This document shows, piece by piece, positions 1-9,479 of a DNA stretch of 64,000 nucleotides. Position numbers and translations under genes: made by a program. Under the pieces are notes generated by a model. That model made no database searches. It had not been told where the DNA came from and saw only the letters and a program-made list of their open reading frames with translations. The stretch is from positions 960,001 to 1,024,000 of the forward strand of contig OZ240219.1 of assembly GCA_965197645.1 (NCBI GenBank). The letters run 5' to 3'. This DNA comes from Dehalococcoidia bacterium (GTDB lineage Bacteria > Chloroflexota > Dehalococcoidia > Plut-88900). How positions within the stretch are numbered: position 1 is the first letter of the stretch; the number at the start of each line of letters is the position of its first letter.

Positions 1-732
1 ATACAGAAGAGGTGTGGGCAGTATCTTCTTCGAACAAAGATACAGAATGATCAACAAGCGCCCTATTCGTCCGTTGCCATCCAGGTATGGATGAATTGCC
101 TCAAACTGATAGTGAAGGAGCGCACATTGAGCCAATGGGGGCAACACCGAATGCTCTTCATTGGCAAACTTCTCCAAATCAAGAACTAAGCCCCTGACCA
201 TGGCCGGGGGCGGTGGGACAAATCGTGCCTTTTCTATTCGGGCGCCTTCCGGACCTATCCATACCTGTTCGTTACGCAGAGCACCGGGACGTTTGTCTTT
301 GCCTCGCACACCTTCCAACAATTTTGCATGCATTTCGTTCATGAGACGATGAGATATTGGAAGCCGGTCCAACTCCGAAATGCCCAGCTCAAGCGCGAGG
401 ATGTAGTTGACCACCTCTGTGACATCCCGACTAATAACGCCTGAGGCTTCATACGTGAATACGTCCGACAAAGACGCTTGCGTACCTTCAATTCTGGACG
501 AAAGGACTGCCTCTCGGCGCATGAACGGCCTAATCAACAGATGAGGATTAGGGATTGTCTCCCCAACGCCGGCAAGCATCGCAACAGCCCTGGACGCTTC
601 GTCAAGGCGATACACGAGAGCTGGGCTGAGGTCCAGTTGACGAGGTATGCGGTCAGGCACATACGCATGCTCACCACCAATGGTCGGCACAATCTTGCCG
701 ATGGGGCTCTTTCTTAGCTCTTTTACTTTCAT
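1..732 (-). CDS. Fic family protein (class II-like, Fic/DOC N-terminal domain), 3' end runs off window
   Basis: Not in the ORF track. Manual translation of the minus strand from ATG at 732 gives MKVKELRKSPIG...RREAVLSSRIEGTQAS (SxxxEG inhibitory-type motif) ...HYQFEAIHPYLDGNGRIGRLLI (Fic HPFxDGNGR motif). Lower GC than the neighbours. Confidence 0.9.
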   Translation of the reverse strand, partial: MKVKELRKSPIGKIVPTIGGEHAYVPDRIPRQLDLSPALVYRLDEASRAVAMLAGVGETIPNPHLLIRPFMRREAVLSSRIEGTQASLSDVFTYEASGVISRDVTEVVNYILALELGISELDRLPISHRLMNEMHAKLLEGVRGKDKRPGALRNEQVWIGPEGARIEKARFVPPPPAMVRGLVLDLEKFANEEHSVLPPLAQCALLHYQFEAIHPYLDGNGRIGRLLIILYLCSKKILPTPLLY

Positions 733-798
733 CGCAATTGAAACTCCAGTTACGATTTTACACCGAATAGAAACTTTTAGGCCAAATAGTATCAAATG

Positions 799-941
799 GA
801 GCTTGTCTCAAAAGTACAGACGTCTTAGTCCCAACCGCCCGCCCTCGGAAGGTTTTGTAGCTGGGGGAACATCCCCCAGGCCCCCCGCCAGAGGGAAGTT
901 TCCCTCTGGACTCTCTCAAAGCAGGGTTCTGAGACAGACTC
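799..941. mobile_element. 143-bp MITE-like element, copy 1
   Basis: Imperfect terminal inverted repeats GAGCTTGTCTCAAAA / TTCTGAGACAGACTC, flanked by AATG/AATT. Near-identical to 35580-35722. No transposase inside. Confidence 0.85.
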
Positions 942-974
942 AATTACAAAGTATTTGAAAGTTGAGTTTCAAAA

Positions 975-1021
975 CGCAAGTTGTTGAGGGTACCTCTACT
1001 GGATAACACTACATGTAGTGG
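975..1021. promoter_or_regulatory. NrdR-box-like palindrome, with a possible weaker tandem box 32 bp away
   Basis: Perfect palindrome CACTACATGTAGTG at 1007-1020 resembles the NrdR box consensus. Degenerate CGCAAGTTGTTGAG at 975-988. Confidence 0.45.
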
Positions 1022-1120
1022 TCACAACGCATCATTATTCATTGCGCCGTCACATAAGATGCTCCGCAACTTTAACTTTAGAGCTAACGTGGCCACCACA
1101 GTGACCAGCTACCGAACCGC

Positions 1121-1149
1121 TTGACAATCCGTTGCCCAAAGGATATATG
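1121..1149 (+). promoter_or_regulatory. sigma70-type promoter for the dienelactone hydrolase gene
   Basis: TTGACA-17 bp-TATATG upstream of GGAGG RBS and ATG 1201. Confidence 0.55.
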
Positions 1150-1200
1150 GGTACACACAATTGGAGGAAACGATAGTGCGATCTCGGGAGGTACGGAAAG

Positions 1201-1938
1201 ATGGCCGAGGAGATCACCACTTCCACCGTTAGCTTTGCATCCAATGGCGAAAGCGTGGACGCCTACCTGGCGCGCCCATCGAGAGGAGGCCCTCACCCCG
1301 GCCTGATTGTAATCCAGGAGTGGTGGGGAGTGGACGCCCACATCAAGGACGTGACCGATAGGTTCGCCCGCGAGGGATACGCCAGCGCCGCGGTAGACCT
1401 CTACTGCCATTTCGACACCAGGATCACCGAAGACGCCGACGAGGCCGCGGACCTCGCCGGAAGACTGGCCTATGACTCCGCTATGCGAGACCTGGCCGCC
1501 GGCGTGGAGTACCTGAAAAGCTCGGATATAGTGGGGGACAAGCCTGTTGGGGTGGTGGGGTACTGCCTGGGTGGGAGCTATTCGCTGCTTATGGCCTGCA
1601 AGAATCGAGACATAGCCGCTGCCGTGGCCTACTACGGTCAGATAGTCAACGATCAGCTGACTGACGAGAACCCGGTCAACCCCATCGACGAGGTCCCTCA
1701 GATGGGCTGCCCTCTGTTCTTCGTTCACGCCGGCGCCGACGAGTACATCACGCTGGACCATGCCAACCGGCTACGGGACGCCATGCAGGCCGCGAGCAAG
1801 GAAGGAGAGGTCAGGAGCTACCAGGGGGCTCCTCACGCCTTCTTCAACGATGCTCACCCGGAGGTCTACCGCGCCAAGGAGGCCCAGGACACCTGGAAAC
1901 GCACCCTCGCCTTCTTCCAGCGGCACCTGGGAGGCTGA
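1201..1938 (+). CDS. dienelactone hydrolase family protein
   Basis: IQEWWG, GYCLGG nucleophile motif, HAFFND. Confidence 0.93.
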   Translation: MAEEITTSTVSFASNGESVDAYLARPSRGGPHPGLIVIQEWWGVDAHIKDVTDRFAREGYASAAVDLYCHFDTRITEDADEAADLAGRLAYDSAMRDLAAGVEYLKSSDIVGDKPVGVVGYCLGGSYSLLMACKNRDIAAAVAYYGQIVNDQLTDENPVNPIDEVPQMGCPLFFVHAGADEYITLDHANRLRDAMQAASKEGEVRSYQGAPHAFFNDAHPEVYRAKEAQDTWKRTLAFFQRHLGG

Positions 1939-2080
1939 GCCTATCCTCCACTCCTCCACCCCCGCCAAGCCCTATCCTTCGGAGCTACCGCTCGTTACAT
2001 CTAGAGGGCGAAGTGAGTGCACGCCCTGGATTGTGAATCCAGGGACAAAAGCTTGCTATATCAATAGGCCCATGCGATAA

Positions 2081-2455
2081 TTGGCGGCGATTGTCATGAG
2101 ACGACTGCTAGACACCGCGAAAAACATACGGCTGGCTTGGCGCCTGTTCTGGGATTCCAGGGTGCCCCTTTTCCTCAAGCTGGCCGTTCCCCTGGCCATG
2201 AGCTACATAGCGTGGCCCATAGACCTGATACGGGACTTCGTTGGGATACCCCTCCTCGGCAGGATAGACGACCTGGTAATCTTCTCCCTGGCCATAATAA
2301 TATTCGTCAGGCTGGCGCCGCCTCAGATAGTACGGGAGCACCGGGAATCGATCTGGGGCACGAGCCTGGACGAAGGAGACAAGGTCACGGAAGCCGAGTA
2401 TCGCATAGTGGACGAGGAAGAGAAGGAAGAGGCGGAGAACCACAAGGCGGCTTAG
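2081..2455 (+). CDS. YkvA/DUF1232 family membrane protein
   Basis: D.RVP...K...Y...PIDLI.DF..IP.LG.IDDL signature. Confidence 0.85.
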   Translation: MAAIVMRRLLDTAKNIRLAWRLFWDSRVPLFLKLAVPLAMSYIAWPIDLIRDFVGIPLLGRIDDLVIFSLAIIIFVRLAPPQIVREHRESIWGTSLDEGDKVTEAEYRIVDEEEKEEAENHKAA

Positions 2456-2522
2456 CATTACCTCGATGTAACCCGAGGTCGCGTCGACCTCGAATAGCGA
2501 AAACAGATTAGGAGAATAGACC

Positions 2523-3644
2523 ATGGCCCGTAGACCCACCGGCGGTGGCGACTTCGATAGGATGCTCGAGCAATTCGGGCCCGCCGCCCGTAACCTGTCC
2601 AGACGCTTCCGGGGCCTGGGCGGACTCGTAGTAGTTCTTGTTATTGGTCTCATCGTCATCATATGGCTGGCCACGGGCATCTACCAGGTGGACACCGGAC
2701 AGATGGGCGTGGTGCGGAGGTTTGGTAGAGAGGTAGGGACCACGGATCCCGGACTGCACTGGCACTGGCCAACGCCGATAGAGAAAGTAGATAAGGTCAG
2801 GGTAGAAGAGATACGGCGGCTGGAGGTTGGTTTCCGTGTAGTGGACCCAGGCCCTCCCGCCACCATTACTCCCTTCCCCGTCGAATCGTTGATGGTCACG
2901 GGTGACGAGAACCTGGTGGACGTGAAGATGGCGATCCAGGCCAGGATCATCCGCGGCCGGGTGGGAGGCAGCGAGCGGGAAGAAGCGTACGGAGTACCTG
3001 ACAGAAGCCGAGGAGCGTCCGCCTTCCTGTTCAACGTCTTCGATCCCCAGGGTTCGCCCGACCAGGTGACCCTCAGGGACGCCGCCGAGACCGCCCTCAG
3101 GCAGGTGGTAGGCGAGAGCAGTCTGGACGAAGTCTTGACTGAAGAACGTAGCGCCATTGAAGACGAGGTCCGGGCCATACTGACCGAACTTATGACTATA
3201 TACGGCACCGGTCTGGAGATCGTCCAGGTACAGATACAGTCGGTGGACCCGCCCAGCCAGGTACAGGCCGCGTTCGACGACGTGGTTGCGGCAAAAGAGG
3301 ACAGGGTCAGGCTCATCAACCAGGCCAACGCCTATCGGAACGACATCGTCCCGAAGGCCAGGGGTGAAGCCGAACGGATCATCCTGGACGCAGAGGCGAA
3401 GCAGAGACAGAGAATTAACGAGTCCCTGGGTCAGGCGGCCAGTTTCGAGGCCATCCTGATCCAGTACCGCCTGGCGCCCCTGGTGACTCGACAGAGGCTG
3501 TACCTGGAGACCATCGAACAGGTGCTGGCGTCGACCCAGGAGTTCGTACTCGGACAGGGCGCCGGCCAACAGCTACTGCCCATTCTGGACCTGGGGGGAG
3601 ATTCGTCCGACATTCAGACGCAGGCGGCAGCCGGATCCCAGTAG
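2523..3644 (+). CDS. hflK: FtsH protease modulator HflK (SPFH domain)
   Basis: N-terminal TM helix, VVRRFG...PGLHWHWPTPIE, MVTGDENLV, PPSQVQAAFDDV, YRLAPLVTRQRLYLET. Confidence 0.93.
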   Translation: MARRPTGGGDFDRMLEQFGPAARNLSRRFRGLGGLVVVLVIGLIVIIWLATGIYQVDTGQMGVVRRFGREVGTTDPGLHWHWPTPIEKVDKVRVEEIRRLEVGFRVVDPGPPATITPFPVESLMVTGDENLVDVKMAIQARIIRGRVGGSEREEAYGVPDRSRGASAFLFNVFDPQGSPDQVTLRDAAETALRQVVGESSLDEVLTEERSAIEDEVRAILTELMTIYGTGLEIVQVQIQSVDPPSQVQAAFDDVVAAKEDRVRLINQANAYRNDIVPKARGEAERIILDAEAKQRQRINESLGQAASFEAILIQYRLAPLVTRQRLYLETIEQVLASTQEFVLGQGAGQQLLPILDLGGDSSDIQTQAAAGSQ

Positions 3645-3681
3645 ACACAATCCAACAATCTGAGCATAGGAGCGTTAACAG

Positions 3682-5013
3682 ATGCCTGGAGGCATAAAGA
3701 CAGTAATCGGGCTAGTCGTACTGGTGATACTGGCGTTCATTCTCATACCCCAGATATTCTTCACCGTGGACGAGACCAACCAAGCACTGGTCCTTCGGTT
3801 TGGAGAGTTCCAGAGGACCAAGACCTCGCCGGGGCTCAGCGTGAAGGTCCCCTTCATAGAGACCGTGACCAAGTATGACAAGCGGTTGTTGCGTTTCGAT
3901 GCTCCACCGGAGACCCTCATTACCCTGGACAAGAAGAACCTGATCATCGATGCCTATGCCCGGTACAGGATTACCGATGCCAAGGTGTTCTTCGAGACGG
4001 TGCAGGACGAGGCGGGGGCCGACTCCAGGGTTCGTGACATCATCTCCGGTGAGCTGAAGAAGCAGATCGCCTCGTTCAACCAGTCAGAGATAATCTTGAC
4101 TCAACGCGCTACCGGGGAAGTCGATGGCGTGCCCACAATTGTCCAGTCCGTCAGGGACGACAGTCGTGTCAAGGCCAGGGCCCTCGGTGTAGAGATCATC
4201 GATATCAGGATCAAACGCGCCGACTTCACCGACCCGATTCAGCAGAGCATCTTCCAGAGGATGAATGCCGAACGCCAACAGGAGGCCGCCCTGTTCCGAG
4301 CCGAAGGAGCCGAGTTCGATTTCCGAATTCGAGCTACGGCCGACCGGACCCGCACGATCACCATCGCCAACGCCCAGAGGGACGCCGACATCATCAACGG
4401 TTGCGGAGAGTCCGTGGCGGTGAAGATCTTCGCCAGCGCGTTCAACCAAGACCCCGAGTTCTTCAACTTCCTGCGGAGCCTGGAAGCCTATACTGGGGCC
4501 CTGGGTAGCCAGGACACGCTGGTCATACCGGTCAACTCGGAGTTCTTCCGCTATCTGACCGATTTCTCGGGCGTCCTGGATGGAGAGCTTCCGGCGGGCT
4601 CCCCGCTGGGAGACGCGCCGGCTGTCGATATCGGTTCCATCACCGGTAGCGGCGAGTCCATCGTAGCCCAGTACACCCAGGACAGAATCAACGAGTTGAT
4701 TCGCGAGTGCGAAGAGCCCAGCGGCTTCATCAAGCTGTTCAGCGGCATTATCGAAAACGTAGAGGTAATCTCGGTGTTCGAGGCCGGATTGACGACAACC
4801 GACATCGTCTGGACCGTCGGAGGTGAGGAGTTGACTCTAAACGACCTTGAAACGGTCATACTGGGAGACGACGCGCTCAGGACTCTGACACCCAGCGGCA
4901 TCAGGTTGGACGACGTGGAGGGACGTGAGGTGGACGTGGTTGCACGGAGAGAGCCGCAGCTGACCGAGACGGGTCAGCGGATACGGCTGGCAGTGGAGAT
5001 CAACTTCCGCTAA
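3682..5013 (+). CDS. hflC: FtsH protease modulator HflC with an extra ~150-aa C-terminal extension (DUF5666-like tail)
   Basis: VLRFGE, DKRLLRFD, TLDKKNLIIDAYARYRI, RMNAER, DPEFFNFLRSLEAY. Directly follows hflK. Confidence 0.9.
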   Translation: MPGGIKTVIGLVVLVILAFILIPQIFFTVDETNQALVLRFGEFQRTKTSPGLSVKVPFIETVTKYDKRLLRFDAPPETLITLDKKNLIIDAYARYRITDAKVFFETVQDEAGADSRVRDIISGELKKQIASFNQSEIILTQRATGEVDGVPTIVQSVRDDSRVKARALGVEIIDIRIKRADFTDPIQQSIFQRMNAERQQEAALFRAEGAEFDFRIRATADRTRTITIANAQRDADIINGCGESVAVKIFASAFNQDPEFFNFLRSLEAYTGALGSQDTLVIPVNSEFFRYLTDFSGVLDGELPAGSPLGDAPAVDIGSITGSGESIVAQYTQDRINELIRECEEPSGFIKLFSGIIENVEVISVFEAGLTTTDIVWTVGGEELTLNDLETVILGDDALRTLTPSGIRLDDVEGREVDVVARREPQLTETGQRIRLAVEINFR

Positions 5014-5045
5014 GAGCGTAACCCAACAGATTGAGAATGAAAGTA

Positions 5046-5074
5046 GGGGCGGGCCGGTTCAATCGGCCCGCCCC
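5046..5074. terminator. GC-rich hairpin, likely bidirectional terminator
   Basis: GGGGCGGGCCG...CGGCCCGCCCC between the convergent hflC and DUF951 genes. Confidence 0.7.
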
Positions 5075-5101
5075 GGATGCTTTTGTGCCGGCGGCCATCG
5101 C

Positions 5102-5293
5102 TCAACCGATCGCAGTCACGAAGTCCTTGAAACGTTTCTCGAAGACGGATCGCCTCAGCAGTATCCTGTGCTTACAGGTATTGCAGTGCAGGCCTATGTC
5201 CGCTCCAACACGGGAAACGGTCCACTCCCGGCTGCCGCACGGGTGAGGTTTCTTGAGCTGCACTACGTTGCCAATTTTTACGTCGATAGCCAT
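5102..5293 (-). CDS. DUF951 domain protein
   Basis: LKKPHPCGS.EW...RVGADI...C..C...ILL.R..FEK signature. Confidence 0.9.
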   Translation of the reverse strand: MAIDVKIGNVVQLKKPHPCGSREWTVSRVGADIGLHCNTCKHRILLRRSVFEKRFKDFVTAIG

Positions 5294-6103
5294 CTAGCGG
5301 GCCCGTCTATAGACGTTTATCCGATCGCGGAGCTCTTGTGCCGCCTTCCTGGCTGCATCAGCGAAATCGGGACCGCCGGAAGCGTAGATTATGCCCCTGG
5401 ATGCCGAGATGATAGCCCGCTGTCCCTCACTATCAACACCGTTGGCTACGGAGGCCTCCAGATCGCCGCCCTGGGCGCCCACGCCGGGTATGAGGATGGG
5501 CATGCCGGGACAGACGTCCCTTATTTCCTTGAGGTCCCCTGGATACGTGGCGCCGACCACCAGCCCGACGTTGCCCGAGGTGTTCCACTCGTTAGCTTTA
5601 GATGCCACGGCCTGAAAAACGGACCGGTTGTCATCGATGGAGAGGTCCTGGAAGTCCCCAGCTCCGGGGTTGGAGCTGCGACACCAGACCAGCACGCCTC
5701 TATCGGCGTAATCGAGAAACGGTTGCAACGAGTCGTGGCCACCCCAGGCGTTGACAGTGGCGCCATCGAAGCCCCACACGTCGAAGAGGGCCTTGGCGTA
5801 GGCTTGGGCGGTGTTGCCCACGTCTCCCCGCTTGGCATCACCGATGACGATCAGGCCCGGAGCTCTCTCTCGTATGTACTCTACCGTCCCTTCCAGGGCT
5901 TTCAGACCGTCTATCCCCGAAGCCTCGTAGAAGGCCAGGTTGGGCTTGTAGGCGCATACGAGGTCGCGAGTGGCGTCTATGATGGCCCTGTTGAACGCCA
6001 GGATGTCGCGGACCGGCATGCGATCGGGGTCAGGGTCCAGACCAACGCATAGGAGGCTATCGTTTGAGAGGGAGGCGGACAGCAGCTTGTCCAGGAACTT
6101 CAT
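5294..6103 (-). CDS. pyrF: orotidine-5'-phosphate decarboxylase
   Basis: LCVGLDP, YKPNLAFYE, DAKRGDVGNT, VVGAT, PGVGAQGG. Confidence 0.96.
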   Translation of the reverse strand: MKFLDKLLSASLSNDSLLCVGLDPDPDRMPVRDILAFNRAIIDATRDLVCAYKPNLAFYEASGIDGLKALEGTVEYIRERAPGLIVIGDAKRGDVGNTAQAYAKALFDVWGFDGATVNAWGGHDSLQPFLDYADRGVLVWCRSSNPGAGDFQDLSIDDNRSVFQAVASKANEWNTSGNVGLVVGATYPGDLKEIRDVCPGMPILIPGVGAQGGDLEASVANGVDSEGQRAIISASRGIIYASGGPDFADAARKAAQELRDRINVYRRAR

Positions 6104-6145
6104 GGCGCGGTTAGAATATCACAGTAAATGTGGTAGCATTACCCC

Positions 6146-6174
6146 TTGACCGGATAACCGGAATCCAGTATATT
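6146..6174 (+). promoter_or_regulatory. promoter of the antitoxin-toxin pair, with a possible autoregulatory operator
   Basis: TTGACC-17 bp-TATATT. The spacer holds repeated CCGGA / GGAT..ATCC. Confidence 0.6.
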
Positions 6175-6193
6175 GGGAATACGGGAGGATGTG

Positions 6194-6520
6194 ATGGCGA
6201 AGAAAAAGACCCCAAAAAGGACTAAACAGGTAAAAGAGACGGCTACCAGCTACCTGGTCAAGGTCGCCGATAGGGGCGTGGTAACCCTGCCAGCGGCTAT
6301 CCGGCGCGCCACCGACATCGAGAAAGGGGACTTCCTGGAGCTGGTTGTTGAGGGGAGAGAGATACGAGCATTGCCCAAGAAGCTGGTGGATAAGGACCAG
6401 GCCTATTTCTGGAGCCGGGAGTGGCAGGAGGGCGAGCGCGAGGCAGAAGAAGACATCAACCAGGGCCGGGTAGAGGATTTCGACTCCGTCGATGAGCTCC
6501 TCGAAGAGCTGAGCTCCTAG
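6194..6520 (+). CDS. AbrB/MazE/SpoVT family antitoxin
   Basis: RGVVTLPAAIRRATDIEKGD.LE fold and acidic C-terminus DQAYFWSREWQEGEREA. GGAGG RBS upstream. Confidence 0.88.
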   Translation: MAKKKTPKRTKQVKETATSYLVKVADRGVVTLPAAIRRATDIEKGDFLELVVEGREIRALPKKLVDKDQAYFWSREWQEGEREAEEDINQGRVEDFDSVDELLEELSS

Positions 6521-6533
6521 GCGGCGATGTCCG

Positions 6534-6809
6534 GTGGCCGAGGTCGAATGGCGCATCGCCAGGACCAATAGATTCAAAAAAGCCTTCGTGAAGCTGACGG
6601 TTCGAGACCGAGAAGCGGTGGGCAAGGCCCTTCGTCAACTGGTGGCGGACCCAAGGCATCCCGGTCTTCGAGTGAAGAAGATGGAGGGGGCCGAGGGGAT
6701 CTGGGAAGCCAGGGCCGGCCGCTCCATACGCATCACCTTTGAAATCCGAGGTCGGGCCTTCCTCCTGAGAAACGTAGGGGAGCACGATAGAGCGCTGGGT
6801 AGTCCCTGA
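6534..6809 (+). CDS. RelE/ParE superfamily toxin
   Basis: 91 aa, basic. T..FKK.F.KL, HPGLRVKKM.G..GIWEAR...IRITF, RNVG.HD. Follows the antitoxin. Confidence 0.85.
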   Translation: MAEVEWRIARTNRFKKAFVKLTVRDREAVGKALRQLVADPRHPGLRVKKMEGAEGIWEARAGRSIRITFEIRGRAFLLRNVGEHDRALGSP

Positions 6810-6819
6810 CCACAGGGCG

Positions 6820-7509
6820 ATGAAGCTCCCCGCTAATCTAACGCCGGCAACCTTCATGCGGAGACTGAACCGGTTCGCGGCGATGGTGAGCCTGGGTGGG
6901 ACCGAAACCGTGGTGCACGTGGCCAACTCGGGGCGGTTGAGGGAGCTGTTTACCCCAGGTCGAAGGGTGTACTTGGCGCCGAGGCGGGGAGAACACAGGA
7001 AAACGGCATACGATCTAACCCTGGTCGAAGTCGATGACACACTGGTCTCCTGCGATGCCCGGCTCCCCAACCCGTTGACCGAGGAGGCCGTCCGCAACGG
7101 GACCCTGGCCCCTTTAGCAGGCTATCCCACCATCGAGCGGGAGGTCACGTACGGAGAGAGCCGCCTGGACCTGCGGTTGTCCGGGCCCAACGGCGACTGC
7201 TACGTCGAGACCAAGTCGATCACCCTCGTCGAGGACGGCACGGCCCTGTTCCCCGACGCACCCACCACCCGGGGTACGAAGCATGTACGCAGCCTGGTGA
7301 AGGCGCTGGACGAGGGACACCGGGCCGCCGTGGTGTTCGTGGTACAACGGGAAGATGCGACCAGGTTCTCGCCCCACGAGACGGCCGATGAGGTGTTTGC
7401 GGCGGCGTTGCGCAACGCGGCGGAACGGGGAGTGGAGGTGTACGCCTACGGGTGCAGGGTGGATCTGACTGACATCTCTATCGCCCGAAGGCTGCAGGTA
7501 TGTCTATAA
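6820..7509 (+). CDS. sfsA: DNA/RNA nuclease SfsA
   Basis: RRLNRF, HVANSGRLREL, SRLD, YVETKS, FPDAPTTRG.KH. Confidence 0.95.
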   Translation: MKLPANLTPATFMRRLNRFAAMVSLGGTETVVHVANSGRLRELFTPGRRVYLAPRRGEHRKTAYDLTLVEVDDTLVSCDARLPNPLTEEAVRNGTLAPLAGYPTIEREVTYGESRLDLRLSGPNGDCYVETKSITLVEDGTALFPDAPTTRGTKHVRSLVKALDEGHRAAVVFVVQREDATRFSPHETADEVFAAALRNAAERGVEVYAYGCRVDLTDISIARRLQVCL

Positions 7510-7530
7510 TGAGGAGACTCTGACAGGGAG

Positions 7531-8769
7531 GTGTCACCGGAAGCCATGAAGCCTGGGCCGTGGAACAAGATCGCCGATGCGGCGATGAGCGTACTGGCCA
7601 AGCAGATAGCCGTGAAAGTGGTCTCTGCGATGCGGATAGGCCGGCTGTACGTCGATTTCCCCGATGGAAGCGCGTCGACCTTTGGACAACCCGGTACCGG
7701 CCTTTCTGCCCACCTTCGGGTCCTGGACGACAGCTTCTTCTCCAAGGCATTGGTGGGTGGCGAGATCGGGTTCTGCGAAGGGTACGTGGACGGGCTGTGG
7801 ACTTCGAACAACCTGCCCGACCTATTCCACCTCGCCATCCTCAACAGAAGATACGTGAACCTCAACCTGAGCTGGGCGAGCTGGCTGTCCCGTATGCGCA
7901 ACCGCAAGCTGCACCTGGACAATCAGAATACCCCTTCCGGCAGCGAAGACAACATTCACGCTCACTACGACCTTAGCAACGACTTCTTCAAGCTCTTCCT
8001 GGACGAATCGATGACCTACTCCTGCGGGGTCTTCCCGACAGAGCAGAGCGCGCTGACCGAGGCCCAGTACAACAAGTACCGGATGATGTGCGACAAGATA
8101 AACATCTCTTCTGGCGACTCGGTGCTGGAGATCGGTACGGGGTGGGGTGGATTCGCCACCTACGCAGCCAAGAACTACGGGTGCAAGGTGACCAGCATCA
8201 CCATCTCGAAGGAGCAGCACGATCTGGCGAAGGAGCGGGTAGATAGGGAGGGGCTGTCATCGCTGGTAGATGTCGAGCTGTGCGACTACCGGGATGTGAC
8301 GGGCCGATTCGACAAGATCGTATCCATAGAGATGTTCGAGGCGGTGGGCGCCGAGTACTTCGCCACCTTCTTTCGCAAGTGCGATAAGGTCCTGCAGCCG
8401 GGCGGACAGATGTGCATGCAGGTCATCACAATCCCCCACCGGTCGTTCCACGCGCATCGGGACGGCTCCAACTGGTTGCAGAAGTACATCTTCCCAGGCG
8501 GGGTGCTGCCCTCGCTGGCAGCCATGGAGGAGGCGGTGGCCTCTACGAGCCTTCTGGTCAGCCACGTGGAGGAGATCGGCAGCCACTATATCAGGACACT
8601 GGCGACCTGGCGGGACCGTTTCCTGGCCAACCTGCCCGCCGTGCGAGACCTGGGCTTCGACGAGCGTTTCATACGAATCTGGGACTGCTACCTGGCCTCG
8701 TGCCAGGGCGCCTTCCGTGCCCGTAGCATCGGCGACGTTCAGATAGTCTTCGATAAGCCCCTACTATGA
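7531..8769 (+). CDS. cfa: cyclopropane-fatty-acyl-phospholipid synthase family SAM methyltransferase
   Basis: NIHAHYDLSNDFF.LFLD..MTYSC, LEIGTGWG, SIEMFEAVG, KYIFPGG. Confidence 0.9.
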   Translation: MSPEAMKPGPWNKIADAAMSVLAKQIAVKVVSAMRIGRLYVDFPDGSASTFGQPGTGLSAHLRVLDDSFFSKALVGGEIGFCEGYVDGLWTSNNLPDLFHLAILNRRYVNLNLSWASWLSRMRNRKLHLDNQNTPSGSEDNIHAHYDLSNDFFKLFLDESMTYSCGVFPTEQSALTEAQYNKYRMMCDKINISSGDSVLEIGTGWGGFATYAAKNYGCKVTSITISKEQHDLAKERVDREGLSSLVDVELCDYRDVTGRFDKIVSIEMFEAVGAEYFATFFRKCDKVLQPGGQMCMQVITIPHRSFHAHRDGSNWLQKYIFPGGVLPSLAAMEEAVASTSLLVSHVEEIGSHYIRTLATWRDRFLANLPAVRDLGFDERFIRIWDCYLASCQGAFRARSIGDVQIVFDKPLL

Positions 8770-9449
8770 GCGCCGTAGAATCGAAGACTGGGCAGCTGAT
8801 GGAGATCTTCGATCAGCTGTATGAGCGATTCGGGCCCCAGCACTGGTGGCCCGGTGACACCCGGTTCGAGATGATCGTCGGCGCCATCCTGACCCAGTCC
8901 ATCGCTTGGACCGGCGTCGAGGTGGCGATGTCAAAGCTCAGGGAAGCGGGCGCACTGGACCCGGCCTCTCTGAGGGAGATACCCCTGGACGAGCTGGCCG
9001 GGCTTGTGTATGCCTCGGGGTACTACAACGCCAAGGCGAGGAAGATAAAGGCCTTCGTCGAGCACCTCCAGCGTTACGATGACGACCTGGATGCGCTGTT
9101 TTCCCAAGACGCATCGTCACTGCGGGCGGAGCTGCTCTCGATACACGGTGTGGGGGAGGAGACGGCAGACTCCATCATCCTGTATGCGGCCCACAAGCCG
9201 GCCTTCGTCATCGACGCCTATACTCGCCGGATCGTGGACCGGGTGGGCGTGGACGTGAACGGAGAGTCCTACGAGGCCTACCAGAGGCTGTTCACCGACG
9301 AGTTGCCCAGGGACGTCAAGCTGTTCAACGAGTACCACGCCCTCTTCGTGAAGCTGGGCAAGGACTTCTGCAAGACGAAGCCGTTGTGCACGGGGTGTCC
9401 GATTAGCGAGGTCTGCGACTATGGGCGGCGAGCTGCGAGCGGCGGATAG
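8766..9449 (+). CDS. endonuclease III-related HhH-GPD DNA glycosylase
   Basis: GPQHWWP, GAILTQ, GVGEETADSI, VIDAYTRR, C-terminal CxxxxxCxxCxxxxxC Fe-S motif. Confidence 0.9.
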   Translation: MSAVESKTGQLMEIFDQLYERFGPQHWWPGDTRFEMIVGAILTQSIAWTGVEVAMSKLREAGALDPASLREIPLDELAGLVYASGYYNAKARKIKAFVEHLQRYDDDLDALFSQDASSLRAELLSIHGVGEETADSIILYAAHKPAFVIDAYTRRIVDRVGVDVNGESYEAYQRLFTDELPRDVKLFNEYHALFVKLGKDFCKTKPLCTGCPISEVCDYGRRAASGG

Positions 9450-9479
9450 CGGGACGTGCGCCGCAGGGATGCCGACGGC

